Source: Alphaproteobacteria bacterium (GTDB taxonomy: Bacteria; Pseudomonadota; Alphaproteobacteria; HIMB59). From it: a stretch of 62,449 nucleotides of DNA. Below the pieces are notes generated by a model. It was not told the DNA's origin. It did no database searches and worked only from the letters and a program-made list of their open reading frames with translations. A program made the translations under genes and the position numbers. The stretch spans positions 1 to 62,449 of the forward strand of contig JBJKYU010000068.1 of NCBI GenBank assembly GCA_045560885.1. Direction: 5' to 3'. Below, piece after piece: positions 9,887 to 20,769 of this stretch (position 1 is the first letter of the stretch; each line of letters begins with the position of its first letter).

Positions 9887-11466
9887 CAGATGATAATATC
9901 AAAGAGGTTATAAATAGAACTTCAATTGTAGATATAATAAACTCCACTATCCCTTTAAAAAAAAAGGGGAATAATTATTTTGGACTAAGCCCGTTTAAAA
10001 AAGAGAAAACACCCTCGTTTTCAGTTAATGAAGAAAAAAAAATTTTTCACTGCTTCAGTACAGGAGAACATGGAAACGTCATTGACTTTTTAATCAAGGT
10101 TAAAGGCTATGATTTCAAAGATGCATTAAATGAGCTCGCGTCCAAGGCTGGTGTAGAATTAAGCTATAAATCTTCAAAAATTAATTCAACAATCTATGAA
10201 ATCAATCAGTTTACAAAGGAACTGTTTCATTCAAATTTATTGCAGTCAAAAATTTGTATGGATTATTTAATTGATAAAAGAAAATTTACTCAAGAAACAA
10301 TAGAAAAATTTACATTAGGATCATCCTTTAATTCTGCTCACATTCAAAAAAAACTTTTAGATAATTTTGAATTAAAAGATTTAATCTCATCAGGTGTATT
10401 TAATAAAAACCAAAACTCTAAAATTTTTTTTCTAAATAGAATTATGGTGCCTATAAATAACGCCCAGGATAAAACTATTGGCTTTGGAGCTAGGGTGATT
10501 AATGAGAGTTTACCCAAATATATCAATACTGCAGAAACTAAATTATTTAAAAAAAAACAAATTCTTTATAATGAAAGTCAATTAGATAAACATTCAAATA
10601 AAAAAATAATATTAGTAGAAGGATACTTTGATGTAATTAAATTGCATCAATTTGGTTTTTCGAATTGTGTAGCGCCATTAGGAACTTCTATTAACCATGA
10701 GAGGATTATTGATCTAACAAAGAAGGGATATGAAATTATTATATGTCTTGATGGTGATTTAGCTGGAAGAAACGCCTCACTGAGATTAATGAATAATCTA
10801 CTCTCCTCAAAAGATTTTGAGCTTGGAGTAAAATTTGTTTTACTACCCAAAAACTATGATCCAGATCTTATGTTAGAGTCTCAAATGAAAGATCAATTAA
10901 TTAAATTAATTAATCATCCCCTAAACATAGAGCAATTTATTGATAAATATTTAGATAAATATTTTTCTAGCATTGATATTGATGAGCAATTTAAAGGCTC
11001 TAAAGCATTAAAAGGTATCTTGTCTTCAATAGAAAATATTGATTTAAAAAAAATATTAAATCAATATTTTCAAAATACATCTCCTAGTTCTAAGATAAGG
11101 CCTAAAAAACAAAATTCACAAATTTCAACTGCTGAATTTGGGAATGATTTAAAAGCTAAATTCAGTGCAGCTTTGATCATGTTTTATATAGAAAATCCAA
11201 ACACTAGAGAAAAAATATATGACTTATTGGCTACAGCCAATTTTCAATCAAAATTTAGAGACATTCGAAACGAAATAATTAAAAAAAACCATTTTAAATC
11301 AACATCTAATGAACTATATGATCATTTAGAGTCTAAAGGATTGAATTTTACAAAAAATTTACTATTTTCTAATGAAGTTCGAAGACTTTGTAGATTTGCC
11401 TTATCTAATTTTAAGGGCGACCCATATAACGAGATTGAAAAAACAGTTAACTTTATAAACAAATAA
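9883..11466 (+). CDS. dnaG: DNA primase
   Basis: EKTPSF, RIMVPI, GFGARV, PKYIN, TOPRIM motifs LVEGYFDV and CLDGDLAG, YDPD. The zinc-binding domain is degenerate. Confidence 0.96.
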   Translation: MTDDNIKEVINRTSIVDIINSTIPLKKKGNNYFGLSPFKKEKTPSFSVNEEKKIFHCFSTGEHGNVIDFLIKVKGYDFKDALNELASKAGVELSYKSSKINSTIYEINQFTKELFHSNLLQSKICMDYLIDKRKFTQETIEKFTLGSSFNSAHIQKKLLDNFELKDLISSGVFNKNQNSKIFFLNRIMVPINNAQDKTIGFGARVINESLPKYINTAETKLFKKKQILYNESQLDKHSNKKIILVEGYFDVIKLHQFGFSNCVAPLGTSINHERIIDLTKKGYEIIICLDGDLAGRNASLRLMNNLLSSKDFELGVKFVLLPKNYDPDLMLESQMKDQLIKLINHPLNIEQFIDKYLDKYFSSIDIDEQFKGSKALKGILSSIENIDLKKILNQYFQNTSPSSKIRPKKQNSQISTAEFGNDLKAKFSAALIMFYIENPNTREKIYDLLATANFQSKFRDIRNEIIKKNHFKSTSNELYDHLESKGLNFTKNLLFSNEVRRLCRFALSNFKGDPYNEIEKTVNFINK

Positions 11467-11475
11467 ATACACCAC

Positions 11476-13531
11476 ATGCCAAAAAAAAAATCAGCTAATG
11501 CAAACAAAAATGCTACTAAAAAAAAATCTACTTCGAAAAAGACTGTTGAAAAAAAAGTAAAAGCTAAAACTACATCAAAAAAGAAAGAAGAGATTGACCC
11601 TAATGACTTTCTTCAAAAAGAAAATGAAAATCAACTAAAATCTCTCATCACAAAAGAATTTGATAAGGAACTTACAGAAAAATCTTCAGCTTATATAAAA
11701 TCATTTGTTAAGATCGAAGACTCTATTATATCTGTTAATTATTTTCTAAATTATGTTGAAAATTTAGATGAGGATTTATTTAAATTATTTAAAGCTTATA
11801 CCAATTCATCTGATAACGATATTAACTCTTCTTCAGATGATGCGGAAGAGGAAGAAAAATCTACTGGTGTTAAAAGCGATGATCCCGTTCGTATGTATCT
11901 TAAGGAAATGGGAAATGTTGAGTTGCTGTCCCGTGAGGGTGAAATCGCAATTGCAAAAAGAATAGAATCTGGTCTTGATAGAATGATGAATTCCATTTTA
12001 GAATGTCCAGCTTCATTGGATATTTTAAAAAAATGGATAGATCAAGTTAAGTTGCAAGAAATCAACCTTCGTGAGATTGTGGACTTTGATGAATATTTTA
12101 CTGAAGATAATGATCCTTATTCAAACTCAACTAAAAGAAAAGAAATACAAAAAATCATAAATGATAAAAAGAAAGCATTATTTAAAGAAAAAGAAAAGTT
12201 GATGAAAGAACAAGGAATTGAAATTGATAAAGAGAAGCTCGTAGAGTCAACCTCCGAAGAGGATGTTGAAAATGAAAGCTTTTCAATTTCTATTATTGAA
12301 GAATTTTATAAGCCAGAAATTTTGAAGAAACTAGATCGAGTTTTAGTTCTCTCCGAAAGTATTACAAAGATTAAAAAGAACAAAAATATTACTAAGATTT
12401 CTGATACAAAATCACTTAAAGATCTTAAAAAGTATCAAGACGAAATTTTAAATTATTTTAATGAAATTAAGATCAAACCCCATAAATTAGAGGAAATCAT
12501 TACTCACCTTTATTCAATCAATAAAGAGATTCAGTCTAAAGAAGTGTCTATTTTAAGTATTGCTACTCAATCAAAGATTGTGAGGGATATTTTCTTAAGA
12601 TACCACAGTTTAAAAGATACCTATACTTTATACCAAAAACATATGTGTTCATCGGATGATCTTTTTAAAGCAATGTTCCAAAAAAATTCTGAAAAATTAA
12701 AAATAATTTATAAAGAAATTCTTAGTTTATCCAAAATAGCTAATCAAAACATTATTGAGTTCAAAGAAAAAGTTCGAGAAATTCAATCTGGTCAAAGAAC
12801 AGCTAACCAAGCAAAAAAAGAAATGATTGAGGCAAATTTAAGACTAGTGATTTCTATAGCTAAAAAATATACAAACAGAGGCTTGCAATTTTTAGATTTA
12901 ATTCAAGAAGGAAATATAGGTTTAATGAAAGCTGTAGATAAATTTGAATATAGACGTGGCTACAAGTTTTCTACTTATGCTACTTGGTGGATCAGACAAG
13001 CTATTACTCGATCTATAGCAGACCAAGCTAGAACAATTCGTATTCCTGTCCCATATGATAGAAACAATTAACAAAATAGTGAGATCAAGTAGGCAGTTAA
13101 TTTTAGAATTAGGAAGAGAACCTACACCAGAAGAACTATCAGTAAGATTGAAAATGCCAATTGAAAAAGTTCGTAAAGTTCTAAAGATCGCTAAAGAACC
13201 AGTTAGTCTAGAAACACCGATCGGCGATGACGACGACAGTTTTCTTGGTGATTTCATCGAGGATAAAAATGCTGTCATTCCTGAAGATGCAGTTATGCAA
13301 CTTAATCTAAGAGAAACAACTACTAAGATTTTATCTACTCTCACTCCAAGAGAAGAAAGAGTTTTGAGAATGAGATTTGGTATTGGGATGTCTTCAGATC
13401 ATACCCTAGAGGAAGTGGGTCAACAATTTAGCGTAACTAGAGAAAGAATTCGTCAGATTGAAGCCAAAGCCTTAAGAAAATTAAAACATCCAATTAGGTC
13501 TAAAAAATTAAAGTCCTTCATGGACTCCTAA
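11476..13531 (+). CDS. rpoD: RNA polymerase primary sigma factor, split by a +1 frameshift at about 13050-13052
   Basis: [12 protein letters not shown] and [13 protein letters not shown]...[22 protein letters not shown] in ORF 11476..13071; MIETINK...[27 protein letters not shown] in ORF 13055..13531. Removing one C restores [12 protein letters not shown] (684 aa). Confidence 0.95.
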
Positions 13532-13596
13532 TACAAAAGCTAATTTAAATTCTTGTTTTTTTTTGATTTGAATATAATAGTAATGAGTCTAATCAA

Positions 13597-13673
13597 GGGC
13601 CTGTAGTTCAGTTGGTTAGAACGCGGTGCTCATAACGCCGTTGTCGCAGGTTCGAGTCCTGCCGGGCCCACCA
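13597..13673 (+). tRNA. tRNA with CAT anticodon, most likely tRNA-Ile2 (lysidine-modified)
   Basis: Cloverleaf GGGCCTG...CGGGCCC-ACCA, anticodon loop CTCATAA, GTTCGAG T-loop. The paired G1-C72 and absence of a GGG/CCC anticodon stem exclude fMet. Acceptor stem is Ile-like and the gene lies downstream of rpoD. Confidence 0.9.
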
Positions 13674-13677
13674 AAAA

Positions 13678-14247
13678 TCAAATCTTATTTATTTCTTCAA
13701 TAAGTTTACTTAAATCGCCCCGATGTTTTCTTAATATTTTTGAAAATTCTGATTTTTTTGTAACAAAGTAGGAGGTGTTTTCTACAATTACATCAAGAAT
13801 TTTAAATGAGGAATTTATGGATGCTACTTTCCAGTAAAGATTTATAGATTCTCTACCTTCAATGATTTTTGAATTAATTTGGTAAATATTATCTTTCAAA
13901 TCTATATCTATGAGCTTGATTTCACCAGAAGTCGTGTTATTTGATAAATTATAAATAGTTTTAGTTATATAATTTTGAAAAGATAACTCATAGTTTTCGA
14001 GATCAGATTTATCAGATTTTGATAATACACTCTCTGGAATCAGACCATATGCAATACTTTTAACTGCAAAATTTTTTTCAATAAACTTAATATAATCATC
14101 ATAATTTTCATTATTCTGACCATCAGGATTATTCATAATTTCTAGAAACTTTTCTGACTCCTGATTAAACCAGCTTGTAATCTCCTCCTCAACGGCATAT
14201 GAAAATTGAAAATAAAATAATATAAAAGGTAAAATTACATACTTCAT
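13678..14247 (-). CDS. mlaC: MlaC/Ttg2D-family phospholipid-binding periplasmic protein
   Basis: Signal peptide; C-terminal WKV..FKILDVIVENTSY..KSEF motif; next to mlaA. Confidence 0.8.
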   Translation of the reverse strand: MKYVILPFILFYFQFSYAVEEEITSWFNQESEKFLEIMNNPDGQNNENYDDYIKFIEKNFAVKSIAYGLIPESVLSKSDKSDLENYELSFQNYITKTIYNLSNNTTSGEIKLIDIDLKDNIYQINSKIIEGRESINLYWKVASINSSFKILDVIVENTSYFVTKKSEFSKILRKHRGDLSKLIEEINKI

Positions 14248-14275
14248 GATTATATTATAGTTTGAAATTACCTAT

Positions 14276-15016
14276 TTACTCAATATAAATTTTTGGGGTA
14301 GGTAGGTTTTGAACGAAATCTTCTTCAATTTGAGAATTACGATTTTGATAATATATAGATTTTAACATTTCGTAACGATCAGATGAAGATTCTCTGATTA
14401 AGTCTATTTCTTCATCAACCTCTGCTCTTGCATTTAAGCCATCACCTATAGAAACATATTCTCTATTAGGTAAATTATTTGATACAGGATCTATAAAAAA
14501 TTCCACAACATCTCCACTAAAATCTCTTAAATTACTTGGCCCTATAATTGGAAGAATTAGATAGGGGCCGCTGGAAACACCACCCTTAGCTAGAGTTAGG
14601 CCTATATCAGTCTCATTTTTAGTCATTCCGACTCTGGATGCTAAATCAAAAGTACCCAATGAAGTCAGCGTATTAACAGTAAACCTCCCTGCAGAATTTA
14701 GTGATTTTATAAACTCTCCTTGAAAGACAAAAGAAATTGCTGTAATCGGCTCTCTGAGGTTTCCAAAAAAGTTTGAAAATCCTTTTTCAACAGGATCGGG
14801 CGCAATAAATTTGTAGGTTTTGATTACTGGTCTTATTGCAATGTCATCAATAAAAAAATTGATTCCTAATATAGCTCTGTTTATGGGTTCAATAGGATCA
14901 TAAATTTCATCATATTGAACTGATGGGTTGACTTCTTTTTCATCAGCAGAAGAAACATTAATAACCCCAAAAAAAATTACCAAGTTTAAAACTATAACTT
15001 TTAAATATTTATTCAT
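14276..15016 (-). CDS. mlaA: MlaA/VacJ-family protein
   Basis: YDPIEPINRAI, NFFGNLREP, GRFTVNT, DIGLTL, GPYLILPIIGPSNLRD. Confidence 0.93.
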   Translation of the reverse strand: MNKYLKVIVLNLVIFFGVINVSSADEKEVNPSVQYDEIYDPIEPINRAILGINFFIDDIAIRPVIKTYKFIAPDPVEKGFSNFFGNLREPITAISFVFQGEFIKSLNSAGRFTVNTLTSLGTFDLASRVGMTKNETDIGLTLAKGGVSSGPYLILPIIGPSNLRDFSGDVVEFFIDPVSNNLPNREYVSIGDGLNARAEVDEEIDLIRESSSDRYEMLKSIYYQNRNSQIEEDFVQNLPTPKIYIE

Positions 15017-15053
15017 TCCGTAATATTGTGAATCTAATTATATCAATCAATCT

Positions 15054-17072
15054 ATGGATCTTCATTTATTAAATAAAGAACAAAAAATAGCTGTAGAACA
15101 TCAAAAAGGCCCTCTCTTAGTCCTATCAGGTGCGGGAACTGGGAAAACTAGAGTTCTTACTTCAAGGTTTGTATACATCGTAAAAAACCTAAAATTTGAT
15201 TTTAATCGAATAATAGCGGTAACTTTTACCAATAAAGCTGCCAATGAAATTAAAGAAAGAGTAAAAAAAGCTTTAGATCAAAATATAGAATCCTCTTGGA
15301 TAGGGACCTTTCATTCGATTTTTGCAAAGTTTTTAAGAAAGCATGCTCATTATGTTGGTCTTAAAAGTAATTTTAATATTTTAGATAGTGAAGATCAAAA
15401 AAAACTTATCAAACAGGTTTTAGAATATTGTAAAATTGATAAAGAGGTTAGTGAAAGCATTTATCTAAACGAGATTCAAAATCTAAAAGATGAAAAAATC
15501 TTTTCTCAAGATAAGAGTAAAATTTCAAAGTATTCTTCTTTAGAAAATATTGATGAAATCTACAATATATATCAACAAAGATTAATTGAAATTAACGCAG
15601 TTGATTTTGGCGATATCCTTCTTCATAGTTATTTTATTTTAACAAATAATAAAGATATCCAAGAAACTCACTCTAATTTTATTCAACATATTCTTATAGA
15701 TGAATTCCAAGATACTAATCTATTGCAATATGATTTAATTAAACTTCTTCTAAATAATAATCAAAATTTATTCTGTGTAGGGGATGATGATCAATCAATT
15801 TATGCTTGGCGTGGAGCTAAAATTGAAAATATTATTAATTTTCCAAGTGAATTTAATTGTGAGGTTGTAAGACTTACAAAAAATTATCGATCCAATAATG
15901 CTATATTAGAGGCAGCTTCAAGCGTTATCAGTAATAATAAAAATCGATTAGGAAAAAATTTAGAGAGTTATAATAATGAAATTCCAGAACAAAAAATTAA
16001 TTTAAAATCATTTTACTCGCAAGAAGAAGAGTCTCTTTGGGTGGCTGACAACATTTCAAGAAAATATAACGATCAGGAAACGTTCGGAATATTAGTAAGG
16101 CTGACTGCACAAATGAGAAGCATTGAGGATAAGTTGATCAAATATGCTCTACCGTATGAAATTATTGGTGGTCCAAGATTTTTTGAGAGAAAGGAAATAA
16201 AAGATGTTCTTTCCTATCTAAAATTAGCTAATAGCCATAGTGATGATTTGTCTTTTGAGAGAATAATAAACTTACCTCGAAGGGGAATTGGTGAACAATC
16301 CATTAAGATTATAATTGATCATTCTAGATCAAATAACCTTTCTTTTTTTGAAAGCTTAAAAGACTTAGCTCAATCTAATAAATTATCGCCATCATTATCA
16401 TCCAAAACTCAACCTTTTATTGATTTAATAAATAGAATCTCTGAACTCATAAATAAAACCAGTTTAGAGGATTTAGGAATATTTGTCATAGAAGAGAGCG
16501 GATATTTGAAAATGTTAGAGAATGAAAAAAATAAACTCAAACAAATTGAAAATGAGTCGAGAATTGACAATTTAAAAGAATTAGTAAACGCCTTATCAGA
16601 ATTTGAAAACCTCGATGAATTTTTAGAACATGTTGGTTTGGTCAACGAAAATCAAAAAAAGACTCATCAAAATTCCATTAAGTTAATGACACTGCATGCC
16701 GCTAAAGGTTTAGAATTTGATCATGTCTATTTACCAGGTTGGGAGGAGGGAATATTTCCAAGTTCTCGCGCCTTAGAACAAAATTCTACTAAATCTTTAG
16801 AGGAAGAGAGGAGATTAGCTTATGTTGGTATAACGAGGGCTAAATATGATCTGAATTTAAGTTATGCTTCCTCAAGGTATACTTATGGAATTAATAATTA
16901 CTCCCTACCATCAAGGTTTTTAAGTGAAATAAAAAGCATAAATCTTGAAGAAGCTAATTATATAGATAATCAAAGTGATACAGATAAACCAAAATTATTA
17001 TCTTCTGATAATATTGCTTTATCTCCTGGGAAAAAAAGAATGATGGAATTTTTGAATAAACATAAAAAATGA
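15054..17072 (+). CDS. uvrD: UvrD/PcrA superfamily-1 DNA helicase
   Basis: LSGAGTGKT, TFTNKAA, DEFQDTN, VGDDDQSIYAWRGA, NYRS, MTLHAAKGLEF, EEERRLAYVGITRA. Confidence 0.95.
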   Translation: MDLHLLNKEQKIAVEHQKGPLLVLSGAGTGKTRVLTSRFVYIVKNLKFDFNRIIAVTFTNKAANEIKERVKKALDQNIESSWIGTFHSIFAKFLRKHAHYVGLKSNFNILDSEDQKKLIKQVLEYCKIDKEVSESIYLNEIQNLKDEKIFSQDKSKISKYSSLENIDEIYNIYQQRLIEINAVDFGDILLHSYFILTNNKDIQETHSNFIQHILIDEFQDTNLLQYDLIKLLLNNNQNLFCVGDDDQSIYAWRGAKIENIINFPSEFNCEVVRLTKNYRSNNAILEAASSVISNNKNRLGKNLESYNNEIPEQKINLKSFYSQEEESLWVADNISRKYNDQETFGILVRLTAQMRSIEDKLIKYALPYEIIGGPRFFERKEIKDVLSYLKLANSHSDDLSFERIINLPRRGIGEQSIKIIIDHSRSNNLSFFESLKDLAQSNKLSPSLSSKTQPFIDLINRISELINKTSLEDLGIFVIEESGYLKMLENEKNKLKQIENESRIDNLKELVNALSEFENLDEFLEHVGLVNENQKKTHQNSIKLMTLHAAKGLEFDHVYLPGWEEGIFPSSRALEQNSTKSLEEERRLAYVGITRAKYDLNLSYASSRYTYGINNYSLPSRFLSEIKSINLEEANYIDNQSDTDKPKLLSSDNIALSPGKKRMMEFLNKHKK

Positions 17073-18793
17073 TAAATAAAGTAAAATTAATTCAAAAATT
17101 TCTCATTAGTAGTAAAAAAAAATTTCTTATAATTACAAATAATGATCTTCATTTGAATGAAAGCCCGAATTTAAACCAAAAAGATATTTATAATATTACT
17201 GGATTTGATTGTAGTTTTGGTTTTCTCTTAATTCTATTTGATCAAATAATTTTTTTTACAGACTCAAGATATACGCTAGCTGCTACTAAATTTTTTCCCA
17301 AAAACGTAGAAATACATGACATTAGAAAGCAATCTCTATGTGATTATTTAATAAATTTAGGATCAAATTTTAATGGATTAGTTGATACAAATTTAATTTC
17401 TTCCCAACAATTTATAGATTTTAATAAAATTCTTTCTAAAGCAAAAATAAAGATTTTACCTTTAAAAGATGTAATTTATCCAAAAGAATATTTTCCTGGT
17501 TTTGATCGTTCGTATGCTTTTAGTTTGCCAAAAAATTATACCCCAAGAAATTATGAAAAAAATATTCAATGGGTAAAAAAAAGAATTAAATCTGATGGTT
17601 TATTAATCTGGAATAATTCTCATGTCGCTTATATTTTAAATATACGTTCTTTTGAATTAGATAATAGCACCAAACCATTTGCAGGATTATTTATTCCAAA
17701 GAAAAATTTAAAGCCCATTATTATTTCGAATAATCCTAGATTAAGAAATATCAAAAAAATTAAGAATAATTTTAAATTACAATCATTTAAAACATTTGAG
17801 TCCTATTTAAAAAAAAATAATTTTAAAAAAATTGAATTTGATTTTAGGTATACAAATTTTCATGTTTGCCATTTGTTAAATAAATTCTTAAAAATTGATA
17901 AAACATTAATTCCTATAGATAAATTCATGTCACAGAAAACAAAAATAGAACAAAATAATATTATTAATTGTCATTATGAAGATGCTTTAACAATGACTAA
18001 ATTTTTGATTCAATTAAAAACTAAAAAATTAATCATTAAAAACGAATACCAATTATCTAACTCTCTTTATGAATTAAGAAAAGAAGGGGTAAATTTCTTT
18101 AGAAATTCTTTTGAATACATCTCAGCCTTTGACTCAAATGGCGCTATTGTTCATTATCGACCACTTCCAAATAATTCTTCAAAATTTAAAAATCAATCTT
18201 TGCTATTGATAGACTCAGGAGCACATTACCTAGAGGGGACAACTGATATAACTCGAGTATTCAAATTATATTCTCCAGTAAAGAATAAAGTAAAAAATGC
18301 ATATACATATTTACTTAAATCATTGCTCAAATTAGAAAAAACATATTTTTCTAAAAATTTATTAGCTTCTGAATTAGATTGTTTTATAAGGTCTTATCTT
18401 CATAAATTTAATATTACTTACGGTCATGGAACAGGGCATGGTGTTGGCTATTTTAATGACGTACATGAAAGATATCCCATCATTTCACCCCTATCTAATC
18501 AAAAGATACTTGATGGTAATTTTTTTTCTATCGAACCTGGTTTTTATGTTTCTAATGAATTTGGTCTTAGAATAGAGAACTTATACTTTGCTAAAAAATA
18601 TACTAATGGCATCAAGCTTGAGGGGGTGACTTTAGTTCCTTATGATCTTGAATTGATTAATTGGAAATTAATCAATAATCAGGAAAAGCTAGGCATTAAG
18701 AAATATCACCAGAAAATATATGAAACATTAAAAGCACAGTTAGGGCCTGAATACAGGGATTACTTTAAGAAATATTTAATTGATAAGCTCTAA
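17069..18793 (+). CDS. Aminopeptidase P family (M24B) protein, divergent
   Basis: TDSRY, DSGAHYLEGTTDITR, HGTGHGVG, VHE, SIEPGFY, GLRIEN; metal ligands retained. Confidence 0.9.
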   Translation: MINKVKLIQKFLISSKKKFLIITNNDLHLNESPNLNQKDIYNITGFDCSFGFLLILFDQIIFFTDSRYTLAATKFFPKNVEIHDIRKQSLCDYLINLGSNFNGLVDTNLISSQQFIDFNKILSKAKIKILPLKDVIYPKEYFPGFDRSYAFSLPKNYTPRNYEKNIQWVKKRIKSDGLLIWNNSHVAYILNIRSFELDNSTKPFAGLFIPKKNLKPIIISNNPRLRNIKKIKNNFKLQSFKTFESYLKKNNFKKIEFDFRYTNFHVCHLLNKFLKIDKTLIPIDKFMSQKTKIEQNNIINCHYEDALTMTKFLIQLKTKKLIIKNEYQLSNSLYELRKEGVNFFRNSFEYISAFDSNGAIVHYRPLPNNSSKFKNQSLLLIDSGAHYLEGTTDITRVFKLYSPVKNKVKNAYTYLLKSLLKLEKTYFSKNLLASELDCFIRSYLHKFNITYGHGTGHGVGYFNDVHERYPIISPLSNQKILDGNFFSIEPGFYVSNEFGLRIENLYFAKKYTNGIKLEGVTLVPYDLELINWKLINNQEKLGIKKYHQKIYETLKAQLGPEYRDYFKKYLIDKL

Positions 18794-20769
18794 AAATTCT
18801 TTCTCAGTTAGAGTTCTAACTTTAAGTTCTTGAGCTTTTTTTAGTTTTGAACCAGGCTTTTCTCCGTATACAAGATAACTTAATTTACTTGAAACATTGG
18901 AGGCTATTTTAAACCCCTTTTTCTTTGCAAGATCTTTAGCTCTATCTCTTGATAGATCACTTAATGTTCCAGTAAATAAAATTGATTCATTTGAACTTCT
19001 ATTATCATCTTTTATAATTTCTATATTTAAAAGATTTAAAATACTAATGGCCTCACTAAGTTGGTCTTTATTTTTGAAGTATTCGCTGAATGAATTAGTG
19101 GCCTTATTGCCTAATCCATCAATATTTTCTAATTCTAAATTTAAATTTTTAGAAGAAATTAAACTTTCAAAATTCTCTTTAGATTGAAAAAAATTAGCCA
19201 AGAGTTCAGAATTATTTTCACCAACATATCTTAGTCCCAATGAAAATATGAAACGAGATAATGTAGTTCTCTTGGATTTTTCTATTGAAAGAATTAAATT
19301 ATCATAAGATTTTTGACCAAATCCCTCTAAATTAATAATTTCCTTTTTATATCTATCAAGGTAATAAATATCTAATTTTTTAGATATAAACTTTAATTCC
19401 ATAAACTTTTCAATTTGTTTCTCTCCTAAACCATCAATATTCATAGCTTTTTTTGAAACAAAATGTTTTAAAGACTCAACATATTGATAAGGGCATTTAG
19501 ATCCTCCATTGCACCTTTGAACGGTTTCATTATTTAGCTTAATTATCTGAAATTTTCCACAAGGACATTTATTAGGGATTTTAAATTCTTGATTATTTTT
19601 TTCTCTTTTTGATTTATCAACCTCTGAAATATATGGAATAACATCGCCAGCTCTTTTTACCCAAACTGAATCATTGATCCTAATATCTTTTTTCTTTATT
19701 TCGTCAAAGTTATGTAACGTAGCATTTGAAACCATAACCCCCCCTATATTTATAGCGTTTAGTCTAGCAACAGGGGTAATTGCTCCAGTTCTGCCAACTT
19801 GAAGATCTATCTTTAAAACCTTAGTTAAGGCTTTTTCGGCATTAAACTTTGCAGCTAATGCCCATCTTGGATATTTTGAAGTGTTTCCAAGATCAATTTG
19901 GTCTTTGATATTATTTACTTTCACCACCATTCCATCAATATCGAATGGAATTTCATTTCTAATTTTTTCAATTTCATTGATGTAAATATTAATTTTTTCA
20001 AAGTTATTAAATTTTTTGGATAGATTTGAGAGTAGAAACTCATTTTTTGAACAAAACTCAAGAAAACTTTCATATGAGATAAATTCATTATCATTTGAAA
20101 TATGTCCATATCCATGAGGGATAAATCTCAAAGGTCGATTTTCAGTTATGTAATTATCGATTTGTCTTAAAGATCCAGATGCAGCATTTCTAGGATTTGA
20201 AAATTGTGATTTTTCTTCAAGTTGCTGATTGAGCAAATTAAAATCATCCCTGTTGAAAAAAACTTCACCTCTAATTTCAATTAAATTTGATTTACAGTAT
20301 TTTAATTTTTTTGGTATGCCAATAATGTTAGAAACATTTCTAGTAACATCTTCACCAATAATACCGTCCCCCCTTGTTAAAGATTTTACAAGTTTATTAT
20401 TTTGATAGGTAAGAGAAAGGGATACTCCATCTATTTTACAGTCAACAATAAATTCATTTTTAGAAATTTTCTTATTTAAAAAATTTTCAGCTTTATTAAA
20501 AAAATCTTTTAAATCATCTAAATTAAAACTATTTGCTAGTGAGAACATTCGAGAAATATGTTTAATTTTTTTAAATTTTGAATTAGGTTTTGCTCCTACA
20601 CCTAAGTCGTCTAATTCTAAAAATTTTGGATTTTCTTGTAAAAATTTTTCATATTTAGATTTTAATCTGTCATACTCAAGATCAGAGATTAAAGTTGTAG
20701 CATTATAGTAGGCATTGTTGTGTTCAGATAACTGTTCCTTTAATTCTAAAAATTTTTTTTTAAAGACAT
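18776..20769 (-). CDS. ligA: NAD-dependent DNA ligase, frameshifted near the 5' end (homopolymer 20753-20761)
   Basis: KIDG, NPRNAASGS, DIDGMV, QVGRTG, ATLHN, zinc finger and BRCT domain. The frame stays open upstream of 20548 and encodes domain Ia (EHNNAYY...ISDLEYD). The ATG at 20769 is one base out of frame. Confidence 0.95.

Noticed and set aside
12922-13344. 140-aa antisense ORF in rpoD
   Set aside because: It is a shadow of conserved coding sequence, with no motifs or independent expression signals.
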